A stretch of DNA of 64,000 bases from Bacillales bacterium UBA784 (GTDB lineage: Bacteria; Bacillota_I; Bacilli_A; RFN20; CAG-288): positions 272,509 to 336,508 of the forward strand of contig DBJE01000013.1 of NCBI GenBank assembly GCA_002297045.1, given 5' to 3'. The notes under the pieces are model-generated. The model ran no database searches, was not told the origin of the DNA, and was given only the letters and a program-made list of their open reading frames with translations. Positions 46,760 through 56,541 of this stretch are shown one piece after another (within the stretch, counting starts at the first letter, position 1; each line of letters starts with the position of its first letter). The position numbers and the translations under genes were made by a program.

Positions 46760-49216
46760 CTATTTCTTTTTGGCGAGAGGGTCGACCGGCTTGATTTCCG
46801 GACGTTTGCTAGGCTTTTTGTTGATTGGCGCTAGAGGATGGAAGAAAGGAGCAGGAGATGGATGGACATCCTTCTTTTCTTCCGGAACAGACGTATTCCC
46901 GTTCCTCTTCATCGGTTCGACCGGCTTAAGAGGAGTAATCGGTTTCATGACGGAAGGCTTCTTCTCTTCGTTTTCCGGCGCTTTCTCCTCTGCTGCCTTT
47001 GCCTTTTCGGCCTTTAAGGCATTACGCCTCTCTCGGATGGACAGACCATTGGGCGTAAGAGGAGAAGCGGCTTCGACCTTGCCGTTAAGCTTGTCGACTT
47101 TGGTGACATCGGAATACCCGTTTTTCCGGATTTCTTCTTCACGGCGCTTCTGTTTCCAGGCGGATTCGTTGCCTTGGTTGGCGAAGATTGGGCGGGCAGT
47201 AGGCTGGACTTTAGTGACACCCCTGAAGAAGGCCTGCTCAGGCGTAAGGTCTCCCTTGTAAGTCTTGAGCTGGTAGTTTTGGAGGACGAAGGGAACCCGA
47301 CGTGCCTTGACGGCTTGGATCTTCTCGTGTTTGCTCTTTGCAGTGGAATGGAGAGGACCGGCAAGAGGGGCGATGATTTTCGGCTCTGGCGTTGCTTCTT
47401 CCGGCTCTTCTTTTTTCGGTTCCGCTACAGGGGTAACGGGCTTAATCGGAGTAATCGGCTTCCTTGTTCCTGTCGTATTGAGTCCGCTAGGCTTGCCGAC
47501 AGGAGCCAAATCAACCTTCTTGACGCTTCCCCTGGGCTTTGGAGCAATATAGGTAGGAAGATTCCAGGTGTTGTCGATGGCGCTTTCCTGGCTTTCAATG
47601 GCGGTATGGGAGTTGTCCTGAATGGTTGTTCTTTCTTCGTAGCGCGATGTCTTTTCTTCCGGCAAGGACTTCTCGTGTTCTTCTTCCTGCGGACGGAGAT
47701 TGTCAATCGGAAGGGAATTGATAGAAAGGATGACCGGACCGGATTTCTTCGCTTCTTCCCTTACATTGACCGGCTCGCCTTTCTCTTCATAATCAGGCAG
47801 AATCCAAGTGGAGTTGAATCCGACCGGTTTGGTTTCGACCTGCTGATGCGTATTGTCGGTAAGGAGGGTTCTTTCTTCGTATCGGGATTTCTTCTCTTCC
47901 TTCGGCAGGACATCCTGCATAAGCTCCTGAGGCCGCTTGCCGTCATTAAGGTCGTCGTTGATGGCAAGGATAATCGGAACGCAGGGTTTCTTCGTTTCTT
48001 CTTTTTCTTCTTTCCTGACAACATTGACTTCTTTGTCGGTTTCCGGCTCGGCGGCGGAAGTGATGTCATTGATAGGTTCGCCAGGTTTGACTGCCTCTTC
48101 GGAAGAAGGCATTTCGGCTACCGGCTTAATGGTTTCCACCCTGTCAGGAGTGACTTCCTTTTCCTCTTTCCACGGATCTGCCTTCCATTCGTCAATACCA
48201 GGAAGAACCTGGACGGCGGCAGAGAGATGGTCGATCCTATGAAGAATCTTTTCGCCTTCGACATTCTCCTTAGGGACGATTCCTTCATTTCCTAAGGTAG
48301 TTACAATTTGACTGATATCGGTGCTTTCGATGCCAGGGAGGTCGCTAATCGGATCAGGATGGATATTTTCCAGACGGTCAAGGAGTTTGACGTCATGATA
48401 AGTGGCTTCCCTCTTTTCGCCCTTCTGCTTTTCAGCTTCTTTGGCGGCTAAGGCAACCTTGGACGGAAGATAAGGAACGGCCTCAGCACTAGTCTCTTCC
48501 TCGAGAGGAGCATTAGCTTCCCCTTTCTCTGCATTTACAGCCTGGACTTCCTCTTTGCCTTTTCCTAATCCACAGATCCTGAGCCTGATGATTTCCAGGG
48601 CCAGAAGAATAAAGAAGGCATACGAGAAGGCATTGAAATAGGCATTCTTGCTGATGGCGGAGAGCTTTAAAGGACTTAACCTTCCTTTTTCGAAGCTCAG
48701 TGCGACTTTGTCGACTAAATCATTAAACCATGAATAGGCTGAGCCGAAGATCTTGGCCCTCTGTTCACGATATAACTGAGCAAATAAGGCACAGCCACAG
48801 ATAAGGATGACAAAGAAGGAAAGCCAGCCGAACACTTTCCGGTAGGCTTGCTTCTTTCCCTTGGCTTTGTTCGCAGACCTGACAGAGAAGGGGACATAGA
48901 GAAGAAAGAGGAAAATAACAGCAATAAGGAATAGAAGCCAGAAGAAGAAAGCAATGGTAAATGGCTTAGAGGGGAAACCTTGAAGGTTGACACGCCTTGA
49001 CCTATTAAAGGGGATAAGAATGTGTGAATTGACCCATTCATAAAGGGTGTTGACAAGTTCCTTGGCAGGACTAGGCAGCCTGTTCTGAAGCGGGGTGAAA
49101 AGAAGAACTGCACCAACTACCAGCAGGAGAGAAAAGAGGAGAAAAAGGATGTCAAAGACAACGATTGCCTTTGACTTTTTGTTGCCTTTCCCGGCAACGA
49201 CTTTGGATTTCGCCAT
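46760..49216 (-). CDS. large membrane protein: conserved ~220-aa 4-5-TM N-terminal domain plus long Lys/Glu/Pro-rich repeat-containing tail; unknown function
   Basis: 818 aa. N-terminus MAKSKVVAGKGNKKSKAIVVFDILFLLFSLLLVVGAVLLFTP... The first ~220 aa are clearly paralogous to 49558..50424. Confidence 0.6.
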   Translation of the reverse strand: MAKSKVVAGKGNKKSKAIVVFDILFLLFSLLLVVGAVLLFTPLQNRLPSPAKELVNTLYEWVNSHILIPFNRSRRVNLQGFPSKPFTIAFFFWLLFLIAVIFLFLLYVPFSVRSANKAKGKKQAYRKVFGWLSFFVILICGCALFAQLYREQRAKIFGSAYSWFNDLVDKVALSFEKGRLSPLKLSAISKNAYFNAFSYAFFILLALEIIRLRICGLGKGKEEVQAVNAEKGEANAPLEEETSAEAVPYLPSKVALAAKEAEKQKGEKREATYHDVKLLDRLENIHPDPISDLPGIESTDISQIVTTLGNEGIVPKENVEGEKILHRIDHLSAAVQVLPGIDEWKADPWKEEKEVTPDRVETIKPVAEMPSSEEAVKPGEPINDITSAAEPETDKEVNVVRKEEKEETKKPCVPIILAINDDLNDGKRPQELMQDVLPKEEKKSRYEERTLLTDNTHQQVETKPVGFNSTWILPDYEEKGEPVNVREEAKKSGPVILSINSLPIDNLRPQEEEHEKSLPEEKTSRYEERTTIQDNSHTAIESQESAIDNTWNLPTYIAPKPRGSVKKVDLAPVGKPSGLNTTGTRKPITPIKPVTPVAEPKKEEPEEATPEPKIIAPLAGPLHSTAKSKHEKIQAVKARRVPFVLQNYQLKTYKGDLTPEQAFFRGVTKVQPTARPIFANQGNESAWKQKRREEEIRKNGYSDVTKVDKLNGKVEAASPLTPNGLSIRERRNALKAEKAKAAEEKAPENEEKKPSVMKPITPLKPVEPMKRNGNTSVPEEKKDVHPSPAPFFHPLAPINKKPSKRPEIKPVDPLAKKK
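47537..48019 (-). repeat. intragenic tandem duplication, 2 x 240 nt (2 x 80 aa)
   Basis: Residues ~400-480 and ~480-560 of the 818-aa protein repeat with an exact 80-aa period: P(I/V)IL(A/S)IN at 414/494, SRYEERT at 444/524, W(I/N)LP(D/T)Y at 471/551. Confidence 0.8.
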
Positions 49217-49502
49217 TTTCCAATAGGCCTCCTTCGTTGATACTGAAAAACTACAATCCTTTCAGTTTGATAACATTCTAACACCATATTTTGATTCAGT
49301 TCAATTGTTTTCTTAATATCTTTAACAGAAAGTTAGGGAAACAACTTTCATTATTAATAGTGTGCAACCATGTATTTGGAACAGAAATTAAGGAATTCGG
49401 CCCATAAAATAGACACACTGCCAGAATCTGTCCATTAACAAGCGAAAAAACAAAGTAGACAACGATAAGTTGCTTAGAGGAAGATGAACGAGAGTGAACA
49501 CA

Positions 49503-49540
49503 AAAAGATAAAGAAAAAGCCAGGGCAGATGCCCTGGCTT
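49503..49540 (-). terminator. intrinsic terminator of the 49558..50424 gene
   Basis: On the minus strand: GCCAGGGC-atct-GCCCTGGC followed by TTTTTCTTTATCTTTTT. Confidence 0.8.
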
Positions 49541-49557
49541 TGTTTAGCTAAGTATGA

Positions 49558-50424
49558 TTATCGGGAAACGTGGATAGGCTCTAAGGAAGCAAGAAGCTGA
49601 AGATCACGTAGGCACGCATCGACTTTTGTTTCGCCAAGGACACGCTGAGGCTCGGAATCCTTTTCCTTGGCCCTTACGGCAACTGTGGCAACAGGGATTG
49701 CTTTTTCTTCCGTCTTTTCCCTGATGGGTGCGGTCTCTTCTTTGGCGGCAACAGCGACTTTTCCTTTGCCGGCACCGGCGATGGCAAGCCTGATGATTTC
49801 AAAGGCTACTAGGATGATGGTCGCCCAGGCTAATGCATTAAAGGCACCGTTACGAGAGATGAACGTTATGGCAATGACGGATAACTGTCCGGAAACAAAG
49901 CTTTTTGCTACTTTGTTGAAGAAGTCAGGCCACCAGGAATAGGCGGAACCGAACCACTTTTCGAAACGATATTGGAAAACAAGAGACCTTAGACCGAAGA
50001 TGCAGACAAAGAGAATGACGAAGGTCAGCCAGCAGACAACTTTCCGGTAGACCTGGTTCTTTCCCTTGGCCTTGTTGTTGGCAAGGAGGACGAAGGGCTG
50101 GTAGAGGAGGTAGAAGAGGAAGACTACGCAGAATGCCATGATGAAGAGGAAGAAAGCAACAGTGAATCCTTTGGAAGCGACTCCGCTAGGCCCAATCCGC
50201 CTTCCCCTGCCAAACGGGCGGAGGGCGTGCCATTCAACCCAGTCATACAGAGGGGAAATCCAGGATTGCGGCAAGGAATAGAGAACCTTGTTCCTTGGAG
50301 TGAAGACGAGTAATGCACTCACGACTAGAAGAACGGCGAGAACGATGAAGATGATGTCAAAGACAAGTATTGCCTTTGATTTTTTGCTGCTCTTTTTTTG
50401 GGCAGCTACTTCGGATTTTGCCAT
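49558..50424 (-). CDS. membrane protein, short paralog of the N-terminal domain of 46760..49216
   Basis: MAKSEVAAQKKSSKKSKAILVFDIIFIVLAVLLVVSALLVFTP...GSAYSWWPDFFNKVAKSF... is collinear with the 818-aa protein (GSAYSWFNDLVDKVALSF). Confidence 0.6.
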   Translation of the reverse strand: MAKSEVAAQKKSSKKSKAILVFDIIFIVLAVLLVVSALLVFTPRNKVLYSLPQSWISPLYDWVEWHALRPFGRGRRIGPSGVASKGFTVAFFLFIMAFCVVFLFYLLYQPFVLLANNKAKGKNQVYRKVVCWLTFVILFVCIFGLRSLVFQYRFEKWFGSAYSWWPDFFNKVAKSFVSGQLSVIAITFISRNGAFNALAWATIILVAFEIIRLAIAGAGKGKVAVAAKEETAPIREKTEEKAIPVATVAVRAKEKDSEPQRVLGETKVDACLRDLQLLASLEPIHVSR

Positions 50425-50716
50425 TTCAATAGGCCCCCTTCCTTTTAAAACAATATTGTTTTTTGTTCAGTATTCATTGTATCACTCAGGCAAATCACTT
50501 GACAATGAGGAAAAGACACAAAATAAGTCTTTTTCCTCCCGTCACAGAAAAACCCGGTTGCTCATGGAAGAATCAACCGGGTTTCCCTGTGTGTTATTCA
50601 ATAGGATTAACTATCAATTTGACAAAAATATTTTATCGTTTTCTGTTGTCAAAGGCAAACGAAAAAAAGAGGTTATTCTTTTTGGATGGTAAAATAATCA
50701 TCTGGAGGTAAATCCT

Positions 50717-51448
50717 ATGGCCAAACTGATGGTGTTTTTTGATTGCTGGGACACTCTAATCCGGTTCAAAACGAAAGACGAGAGATGGACGTTCCTTCCT
50801 TTAAGGGACCATGCACTAAACCGTGACCAGGTAGACTGGGACAAGGTGGCTGCCTTCGCCAAGAGATACGAAGAACTCTATTATTCCTCCCATAGCAGGT
50901 ATGAGACTTCCTCCCTTGCCTACTGCCGTCTGCTTGTGACTCTTTTCCATATCCGTCTCGACTGCCCGCTTTCTTTTGCCGCTTCACAGATTAGGGATTA
51001 TCTTGATCCCTCTCCTGTCGAAGGCATCGAGGATTTCCTTGCCTTCCTGGAAAAGAAGGCAGTACCTTATGCCTGTCTTTCCAATACGATTTATACGGAA
51101 GAAGACACCAGAAAAGCCATCACCAGGCATATTCCTGCCCACCATCTTTCCTTCGTCCTTGCTTCGAGTGAAATCGGTGTGAAGAAACCAAATCCCGACT
51201 TTTTCCTCGCCGGTCTTTCCAGGGCGGATGTCACCCCTGAGAATGCTGTTTATATCGGTGACTCCTTCCTTCAGGATGTCTATGGTTCTTTTAACGCAGG
51301 ATTTAGTAAGTCCTATTGGCTTAATCATAAACATGCTTCTCCGTTCTTCCTTCCTGAATTCCCCGGAAGGAAAACAAGGAAATATAGGGAGGTCTCCGGC
51401 TATCGGCAGATTCAGGATGACTTAGAAGAGAGGCTTAACCATGATTAA
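50717..51448 (+). CDS. HAD-superfamily hydrolase
   Basis: Motif I variant FFDCWDTL, motif II CLSNT, motif III GVKKPNPDFF, motif IV YIGDSFLQDV. Confidence 0.65.
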   Translation: MAKLMVFFDCWDTLIRFKTKDERWTFLPLRDHALNRDQVDWDKVAAFAKRYEELYYSSHSRYETSSLAYCRLLVTLFHIRLDCPLSFAASQIRDYLDPSPVEGIEDFLAFLEKKAVPYACLSNTIYTEEDTRKAITRHIPAHHLSFVLASSEIGVKKPNPDFFLAGLSRADVTPENAVYIGDSFLQDVYGSFNAGFSKSYWLNHKHASPFFLPEFPGRKTRKYREVSGYRQIQDDLEERLNHD

Positions 51449-52196
51449 CCCGAATTATCCAAACCCGTCGGAGGGCGATGTCCGTTACCAGAAGAGGAAC
51501 TACCAGGCAAAAAGGGACTCACTAGGAAGAGTTGACCTGAAAAGCCTTCTTGAGGTTTTTCAGAATGCGGCAGGAAGGCAGATTGAGAAGCTTAATATTG
51601 GGAAATCCTTTCAGGAAAAGGAAAATTTCCTCTATGTCGTCTGCCGGGTGAAAGGAAGGATCAGGCGGAAGAGGAAAAAAGAAGAAAGCCTTTGCCTAGT
51701 CACGTATCCACTTTCCTTTTCCTCGATTCAGAGCGAACGTTTCTGCTACCTGCTTGACGAGGATCTTAATCCGGTTTTCTCCCTTTCGTCCCTATGGGTC
51801 TATAGGGATCCTCTTACCCGGAGAAGGAAACCGGTAAGAGCGGCAAAGAACCAGTTGATGGCTTCCGCACCGGAAATCAGCGAACTTACCCCGCTCCCTG
51901 GCTTTGAACGGCTAAATGGACTTGATAGGCCCGATGGACCATATGAAAAAGTCCTTACTCACAAAGTCAGCAGGGAAGACATTGATTCCAACCACCATAG
52001 GAACAATACCGTCTATCTTTCTCTTGCCCAGCAGGTCTGCGACCTTAACTTTTCCACCTTTGAAATCAATTTTGAGAAGGAATGTGTCCTAGGCGAAGAA
52101 CTTTCCCTCTTTATCTTAAAGGAGAGAAACGTTCAGCTGATTAAAGGAATAAAAGAAGATGGGACGTTATCTTTTAAAGTAAGATTTTCTCTCTGA
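51441..52196 (+). CDS. acyl-ACP thioesterase-like protein
   Basis: 251 aa with a two-hotdog layout. DIDSNHH(AGG)NNTVY matches the D.D.N.HVNN..Y block of acyl-ACP thioesterases. Confidence 0.55.
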   Translation: MINPNYPNPSEGDVRYQKRNYQAKRDSLGRVDLKSLLEVFQNAAGRQIEKLNIGKSFQEKENFLYVVCRVKGRIRRKRKKEESLCLVTYPLSFSSIQSERFCYLLDEDLNPVFSLSSLWVYRDPLTRRRKPVRAAKNQLMASAPEISELTPLPGFERLNGLDRPDGPYEKVLTHKVSREDIDSNHHRNNTVYLSLAQQVCDLNFSTFEINFEKECVLGEELSLFILKERNVQLIKGIKEDGTLSFKVRFSL

Positions 52197-52228
52197 TTGG
52201 AAAAGACTCTTTTTTCTTCCCATATGAA

Positions 52229-53389
52229 GTGATGGAAGAAAAAGAGAAGTATATCTGTCCGATCTGTAAAGCTTCCTCTTGGCCGTATATTGCTAACCGA
52301 AATGGTAAGCCTTATTGCCGGAGATGCCTTTCCTTTCAAGGAAAAAGTGCTGATAATTCCTATCTTCCAAATAAAAATATTAGACTTTGCTTGAATTATC
52401 CCTTGAGCAAAGAACAGGAAGCAATCAGCCTGCAAACAAAAAAAGCGGTAGAGGAAGGAAGAAATGTTCTTCTTCATGCGGTCACGGGGGCAGGGAAAAC
52501 GGAACTTGTCTATCCGGCAAGGGAAAGGAGGCTTAAAAAGCGCCTCCGGGTAGGGTTCGCCACCCCAAGAAGAGACGTGGTCGTCGACCTTTATCCCCGG
52601 ATAAAGGAAGCATTTCCTTTGGCCAAGGTCGTCTCGGTTTATGGCGGACATCATCAGATAAGGGAGGGGGATATCCTCCTTGCCACGACCCATCAGCTTT
52701 TCCGCTATCCCTCGTATTTTGATTTGCTGATTCTTGATGAAATCGATGCCTTCCCTTTTAAGGGTGATCCGGTTCTGCAGTCTTTTTTCCGCCGAAGCGT
52801 CAAAGGCAACTATATCCTACTTTCCGCCACCCCATCGGAAGAACAAAGGAATGAGGTGAAAAAGGACAACGGAGTCATCTTAAAACTCTATTCCCGCTAC
52901 CACGGCCACCCTCTTCCCGTGCCGGAGAGGAGGACGAAGACAAGACCTGGACTTTATCTTGCCTGTTATCGCATCCTAAAGGATTTCCTGACCGAAGGCA
53001 AGCCGGTTTTTGTTTTCGTTCCGACGATTGAAATCGGCAAGAAGCTTTTTCTTTTTCTTTCCCTTTTTCTGAAAAATGGCGCCTTTGTCTCTTCAAAAGA
53101 GGAGCAAAGAAGACTGCTCATCGAGGCATTTAAGGAGAAAAAGCTCTCTTATCTTGTCACGACTTCCATTCTTGAACGGGGCGTTACCGTCTTTGACCTT
53201 CAGGTGATTGTCTTCAGGGCTGACCACCCTTTGTACGACTGCGCAGGCTTGGTGCAGATTTCCGGACGGGTAGGAAGAAAAATCCATGCCGAAAAAGGAA
53301 AAGTGTTTTTTATCTCTGAGGTCGAAACAAGGGAAAGGAAACGTGCAAGAAATGAGATTGAGAAATACAACAGAAGCCTATTGTCTTAA
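52229..53389 (+). CDS. comFA: ComFA-like DEAD/DEAH-box helicase (competence protein)
   Basis: N-terminal Zn-finger CPIC...CRRC. Helicase motifs AVTGAGKTE, LILDEIDAFP, LSATP and SGRVGR. It is followed by comFC. Confidence 0.75.
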   Translation: MMEEKEKYICPICKASSWPYIANRNGKPYCRRCLSFQGKSADNSYLPNKNIRLCLNYPLSKEQEAISLQTKKAVEEGRNVLLHAVTGAGKTELVYPARERRLKKRLRVGFATPRRDVVVDLYPRIKEAFPLAKVVSVYGGHHQIREGDILLATTHQLFRYPSYFDLLILDEIDAFPFKGDPVLQSFFRRSVKGNYILLSATPSEEQRNEVKKDNGVILKLYSRYHGHPLPVPERRTKTRPGLYLACYRILKDFLTEGKPVFVFVPTIEIGKKLFLFLSLFLKNGAFVSSKEEQRRLLIEAFKEKKLSYLVTTSILERGVTVFDLQVIVFRADHPLYDCAGLVQISGRVGRKIHAEKGKVFFISEVETRERKRARNEIEKYNRSLLS

Positions 53390-53999
53390 TTGCCTGAAAA
53401 GATTTTATCTTTCTCCAATACGGGAGAGGATAGAAAGAAAGCCTCTCCTTTGCCCGGAATGTCTGAAAAACAGGAGAAAAGAAAGGAAGAAAAGAAGATT
53501 GTTTGCTACCCCTATTCTTTTTCTGTCCAAATACGATGGACAAAGGAAGGAAAGGCTGATGAAATTCAAGGAGTACGGAGATATCGTCCTTGGAGAAGCC
53601 TTCCTTTATTATTTTCTTCCCTGGATCAGACTTTTTTGCCGCTCTTCTATAATTGTCCCCCTTCCTTCTTCGAATAAGCGGAATAGGAAAAGAGGCTTTG
53701 TCCACCTAGAGGAAAGGCTTAAGCCTCATTCTCTCCCTTTTCTTTCCTGCCTAAGAAAACAATCGGACAAAGAACAGAAGGAAAAAAAGGCAATAGAGAG
53801 AAGGGAAGAGAAGAGTATTTTCTTTTGCGGAAATAAGGAAGATATCGAGGGAAAGAAAATTGTCCTTTTTGACGATGTCCTGACAACAGGGGCCACCTTT
53901 CTTCAGTCCCTTGACGAATTGAAACAGCTCCATCCTAAGTCCATAAAAGGCCTTATCCTCATGGATAATCACAAATACGAGGAGAAACTTACCGATTAA
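53352..53999 (+). CDS. comFC: ComFC-like phosphoribosyltransferase-domain protein
   Basis: N-terminal CLNC...CPEC Zn ribbon. C-terminal PRT motif IVLFDDVLTTGATF. The start is uncertain (53286 or 53352); either overlaps the comFA 3' end. Confidence 0.7.
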   Translation: MRLRNTTEAYCLNCLKRFYLSPIRERIERKPLLCPECLKNRRKERKKRRLFATPILFLSKYDGQRKERLMKFKEYGDIVLGEAFLYYFLPWIRLFCRSSIIVPLPSSNKRNRKRGFVHLEERLKPHSLPFLSCLRKQSDKEQKEKKAIERREEKSIFFCGNKEDIEGKKIVLFDDVLTTGATFLQSLDELKQLHPKSIKGLILMDNHKYEEKLTD

Positions 54000-54065
54000 G
54001 GATTAAATAAAACATGGTTTAATATATAATATTTATTGTTTACTGAACTACCTGCGGAGGCGAAC

Positions 54066-56078
54066 ATGAACCGACTATTGAAAACTCACCAAATCTGGCT
54101 CGCCATCACTCTCCTTGTCGAAGCATTGGCGAGGATTGTCCTGATTGCCTGCTGGGCTTCCTTTCCATCGTTCCCCTATTTTTTCTATATCAGTTTCGGC
54201 CTAGCCGGTCTTTTCCTTGTCTATGACTTCATCGGCAACTATGCCTTTAATGCCAAGGCTTTCCATAAGAAAGGACAAAGCGATTTAAAGGCGGGGGAAA
54301 TCATCGGAGCCGATTTTAACGATGCCTATAATTTCGGACAGATCGGCATTGCGGTGTGTGATAATCAGAACATTGTTCTTATGGTCAACGATTTCCTCGG
54401 CAAACGTTTTGACAACCTTGTGGATCAGAATATTTATCAGGTATTCCCCTCACTTACCCGCTTTGCCGCCGGACAGGATAGGAGCCCTATTCGGATAGAG
54501 GAAGATAATTATTCTTATGACGTCCAATTGATTCCCGATGCCCGTCTTTTCGTCTTCCGTGACGTAACCGATTTTGCTGCTGTCTATAATTACAATGCCA
54601 GTCAGTCACCTGTTGTCGGCTACCTTGTCGTCGATAACTTCAGTGATGTCCAGGAATCGTTCAAGAATGATATCCGTCTTGCCGATTCCGTCACTCGCTT
54701 GCAGAACCTGATTTCCGAAACGGCCGAGAACTTCGGCGCTAGGATCCGTCCGATCCGTGATGACCGTTTTTTCTTCATTACGACCAAGGAAAACTACCTA
54801 AAAAGGTATGCCGATAAGTTTTCTATCGTCGACAAGGTGCGGAATATGTTTCCTAACCAATATACGATTTCCATCGGTGTGGCCCTTGGATTTCCGGACT
54901 ATTCCCGTCTTGCCGAGAGGGCTTCTTCTGCCCTTGACGTCGCCCTTTCCCGGGGCGGTGACCAGACCGTCGTTTCCCCCTTTGGCCAGCCTAGGAGGTA
55001 TTTCGGCGGAAAGAGCGAACTTCTTCCTTCCCGTAACCGGGTTAAGATTCGGACCGTGTCGAATTCTTTTGTCTCGATTCTGAAAAATTACAGCCAGATT
55101 GTAGTCATGGGCCATTCTATCGCCGACTTTGACGCAGTCGGAGCAGCCCTTGCCGTCTACTATCTCTGCCGACTGGAAAAAGTCCCTTGCAAAATCTGCT
55201 GGGAAGACCAGCTTGTCGAGGACAAGGCAAGAATTGCCGTGGAGAGCTCCTTTACCAAGGAGGAGAGGGAAGACACCTTTGTCTCTAGGCGTGATGTCGG
55301 AAGCCTGATTTCCAATTATGCCCTCCTTGTCCTTGTCGACCACTCTGACCCACGTCGTTCTATCTTCCCTGACCAGGCAAAGAAATTTGACCACATTGCC
55401 GTTATTGACCATCATCGTCTTGGCTCGGTTAGGGTAAACAACGCCATCTTCAGCCATATCGACACTTCCGCAAGTTCCGCCTCCGAGATCCTCGCCACCT
55501 TCTTCAGGTATAACCAGAAAGAACTGAAAAGGGATCCGAGAACGGCTACCTTTGTCCTTACCGGTATTTCCCTTGATACCCACAATTTCAAAGAACATAC
55601 GACAGAATCCACCTTCGAGGCTGCGGCAGCCCTTGAGAACTGCGGCGCGTCCAATTCCCGTGCCGTCGACTTCCTAAAGGATGATTTCGATGACTATCGC
55701 AGGCAGATTTCAATTCTGAACCACTCCGAAACGCCTTATTATGGCACGGTTGTCTCTCTTTCCCCCGATGATGACATTGTTTCTTCCGTCACTCTTTCCA
55801 AAGTCGCCAATAGGGCAATCAATCTCCGTGGCGTTTCTCTTTCTTTCGCTATCGGACGCACAGGTCCTCATGAAGTGAAAGTTTCGGCCCGGAGCGATGG
55901 CAGTGTCAATTGCCAGACAATCAGGGAGAAAATGGGCGGGGGCGGACATCTTGTCAGGGCTGCGGCAGTCTTCGGAAATAGGAATGTGGACGAAGTGAAG
56001 AAAAAGCTCTATGCTGTTCTAGAGGAAAACCTTGACTCTTCGCGAGTCAAAGACGAAAACCATTCGAAAGGAGAATAA
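54066..56078 (+). CDS. gdpP: GdpP-like cyclic-di-AMP phosphodiesterase (2 TM, PAS-like, degenerate GGDEF-like, DHH/DHHA1)
   Basis: ATG 54066 has GGAGG 6 nt upstream. DHH-family motifs are MGHSIADFDAVGA, VLVDHS, VIDHHR, SLDTHNF and GGGGH. The conserved gdpP-rplI-dnaB synteny is present. Confidence 0.8.
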   Translation: MNRLLKTHQIWLAITLLVEALARIVLIACWASFPSFPYFFYISFGLAGLFLVYDFIGNYAFNAKAFHKKGQSDLKAGEIIGADFNDAYNFGQIGIAVCDNQNIVLMVNDFLGKRFDNLVDQNIYQVFPSLTRFAAGQDRSPIRIEEDNYSYDVQLIPDARLFVFRDVTDFAAVYNYNASQSPVVGYLVVDNFSDVQESFKNDIRLADSVTRLQNLISETAENFGARIRPIRDDRFFFITTKENYLKRYADKFSIVDKVRNMFPNQYTISIGVALGFPDYSRLAERASSALDVALSRGGDQTVVSPFGQPRRYFGGKSELLPSRNRVKIRTVSNSFVSILKNYSQIVVMGHSIADFDAVGAALAVYYLCRLEKVPCKICWEDQLVEDKARIAVESSFTKEEREDTFVSRRDVGSLISNYALLVLVDHSDPRRSIFPDQAKKFDHIAVIDHHRLGSVRVNNAIFSHIDTSASSASEILATFFRYNQKELKRDPRTATFVLTGISLDTHNFKEHTTESTFEAAAALENCGASNSRAVDFLKDDFDDYRRQISILNHSETPYYGTVVSLSPDDDIVSSVTLSKVANRAINLRGVSLSFAIGRTGPHEVKVSARSDGSVNCQTIREKMGGGGHLVRAAAVFGNRNVDEVKKKLYAVLEENLDSSRVKDENHSKGE

Positions 56079-56081
56079 ACT

Positions 56082-56540
56082 ATGAAAGTACTCAGGAAAC
56101 GTGATTTACGTAAGGTAGGAAAGCGCGGAGAAGTCGTCGATGTCTCCGACGGATATGGGGCGAATTATATTATTCCTTACGGATACGGCGTCCTTTTCAC
56201 CAAGGAAGCACAGGCTGATTTTGCCAAAGAGCAGGCTGAAGAAAAGCGTCAGCATGACCTTAAGGTGGAGGAGGCGAAGAAAATCGCCAAGCAGAGGGAG
56301 AATATCACTCTCGAGTTTTCTGCTCCGGCCGGCCGGAACGGCGACAGGATCGGAACCGTGTCCTTTAAAAAAGCAAGTGAAGCGAGGAAGAAGCAGTACG
56401 GCATCTCTCTGAACAAGGAAAGGCTCATCGACAAAGACGTCCTTGTGAACGGCTTTGGACTCACTACCTTGAAAGTCGATCTTTTTGACGGAGTGATTGC
56501 CTCTCTTCGCATCCATGTTTCGTTAAAGGAGAACAAGTAA
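56082..56540 (+). CDS. rplI: 50S ribosomal protein L9
   Basis: MKVL.K.D....GK.GEVVDVSDGYG.NY..P.G matches the L9 N-terminal domain. The 152-aa size and position upstream of dnaB fit. Confidence 0.9.
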   Translation: MKVLRKRDLRKVGKRGEVVDVSDGYGANYIIPYGYGVLFTKEAQADFAKEQAEEKRQHDLKVEEAKKIAKQRENITLEFSAPAGRNGDRIGTVSFKKASEARKKQYGISLNKERLIDKDVLVNGFGLTTLKVDLFDGVIASLRIHVSLKENK

Positions 56541-56541
56541 C

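Noticed and set aside
47537-48019. 240-nt tandem repeat as a CRISPR array or satellite
   Set aside because: There are only two copies, they are imperfect, they lie in-frame inside a CDS and they encode a duplicated 80-aa segment. There is no spacer/repeat architecture. No CRISPR array, IS element or transposase/integrase gene was seen anywhere in the window.
46734-48295. Long plus-strand ORFs (46734..47261, 175 aa; 47174..48295, 373 aa; others nearby)
   Set aside because: They lie antisense to the 818-aa membrane-protein gene, which has a start context, a paralog and a terminator. Their translations are low-complexity (F/L/R/G-rich) mirror images of the Lys/Glu/Pro-rich sense frame, and they lack an RBS.
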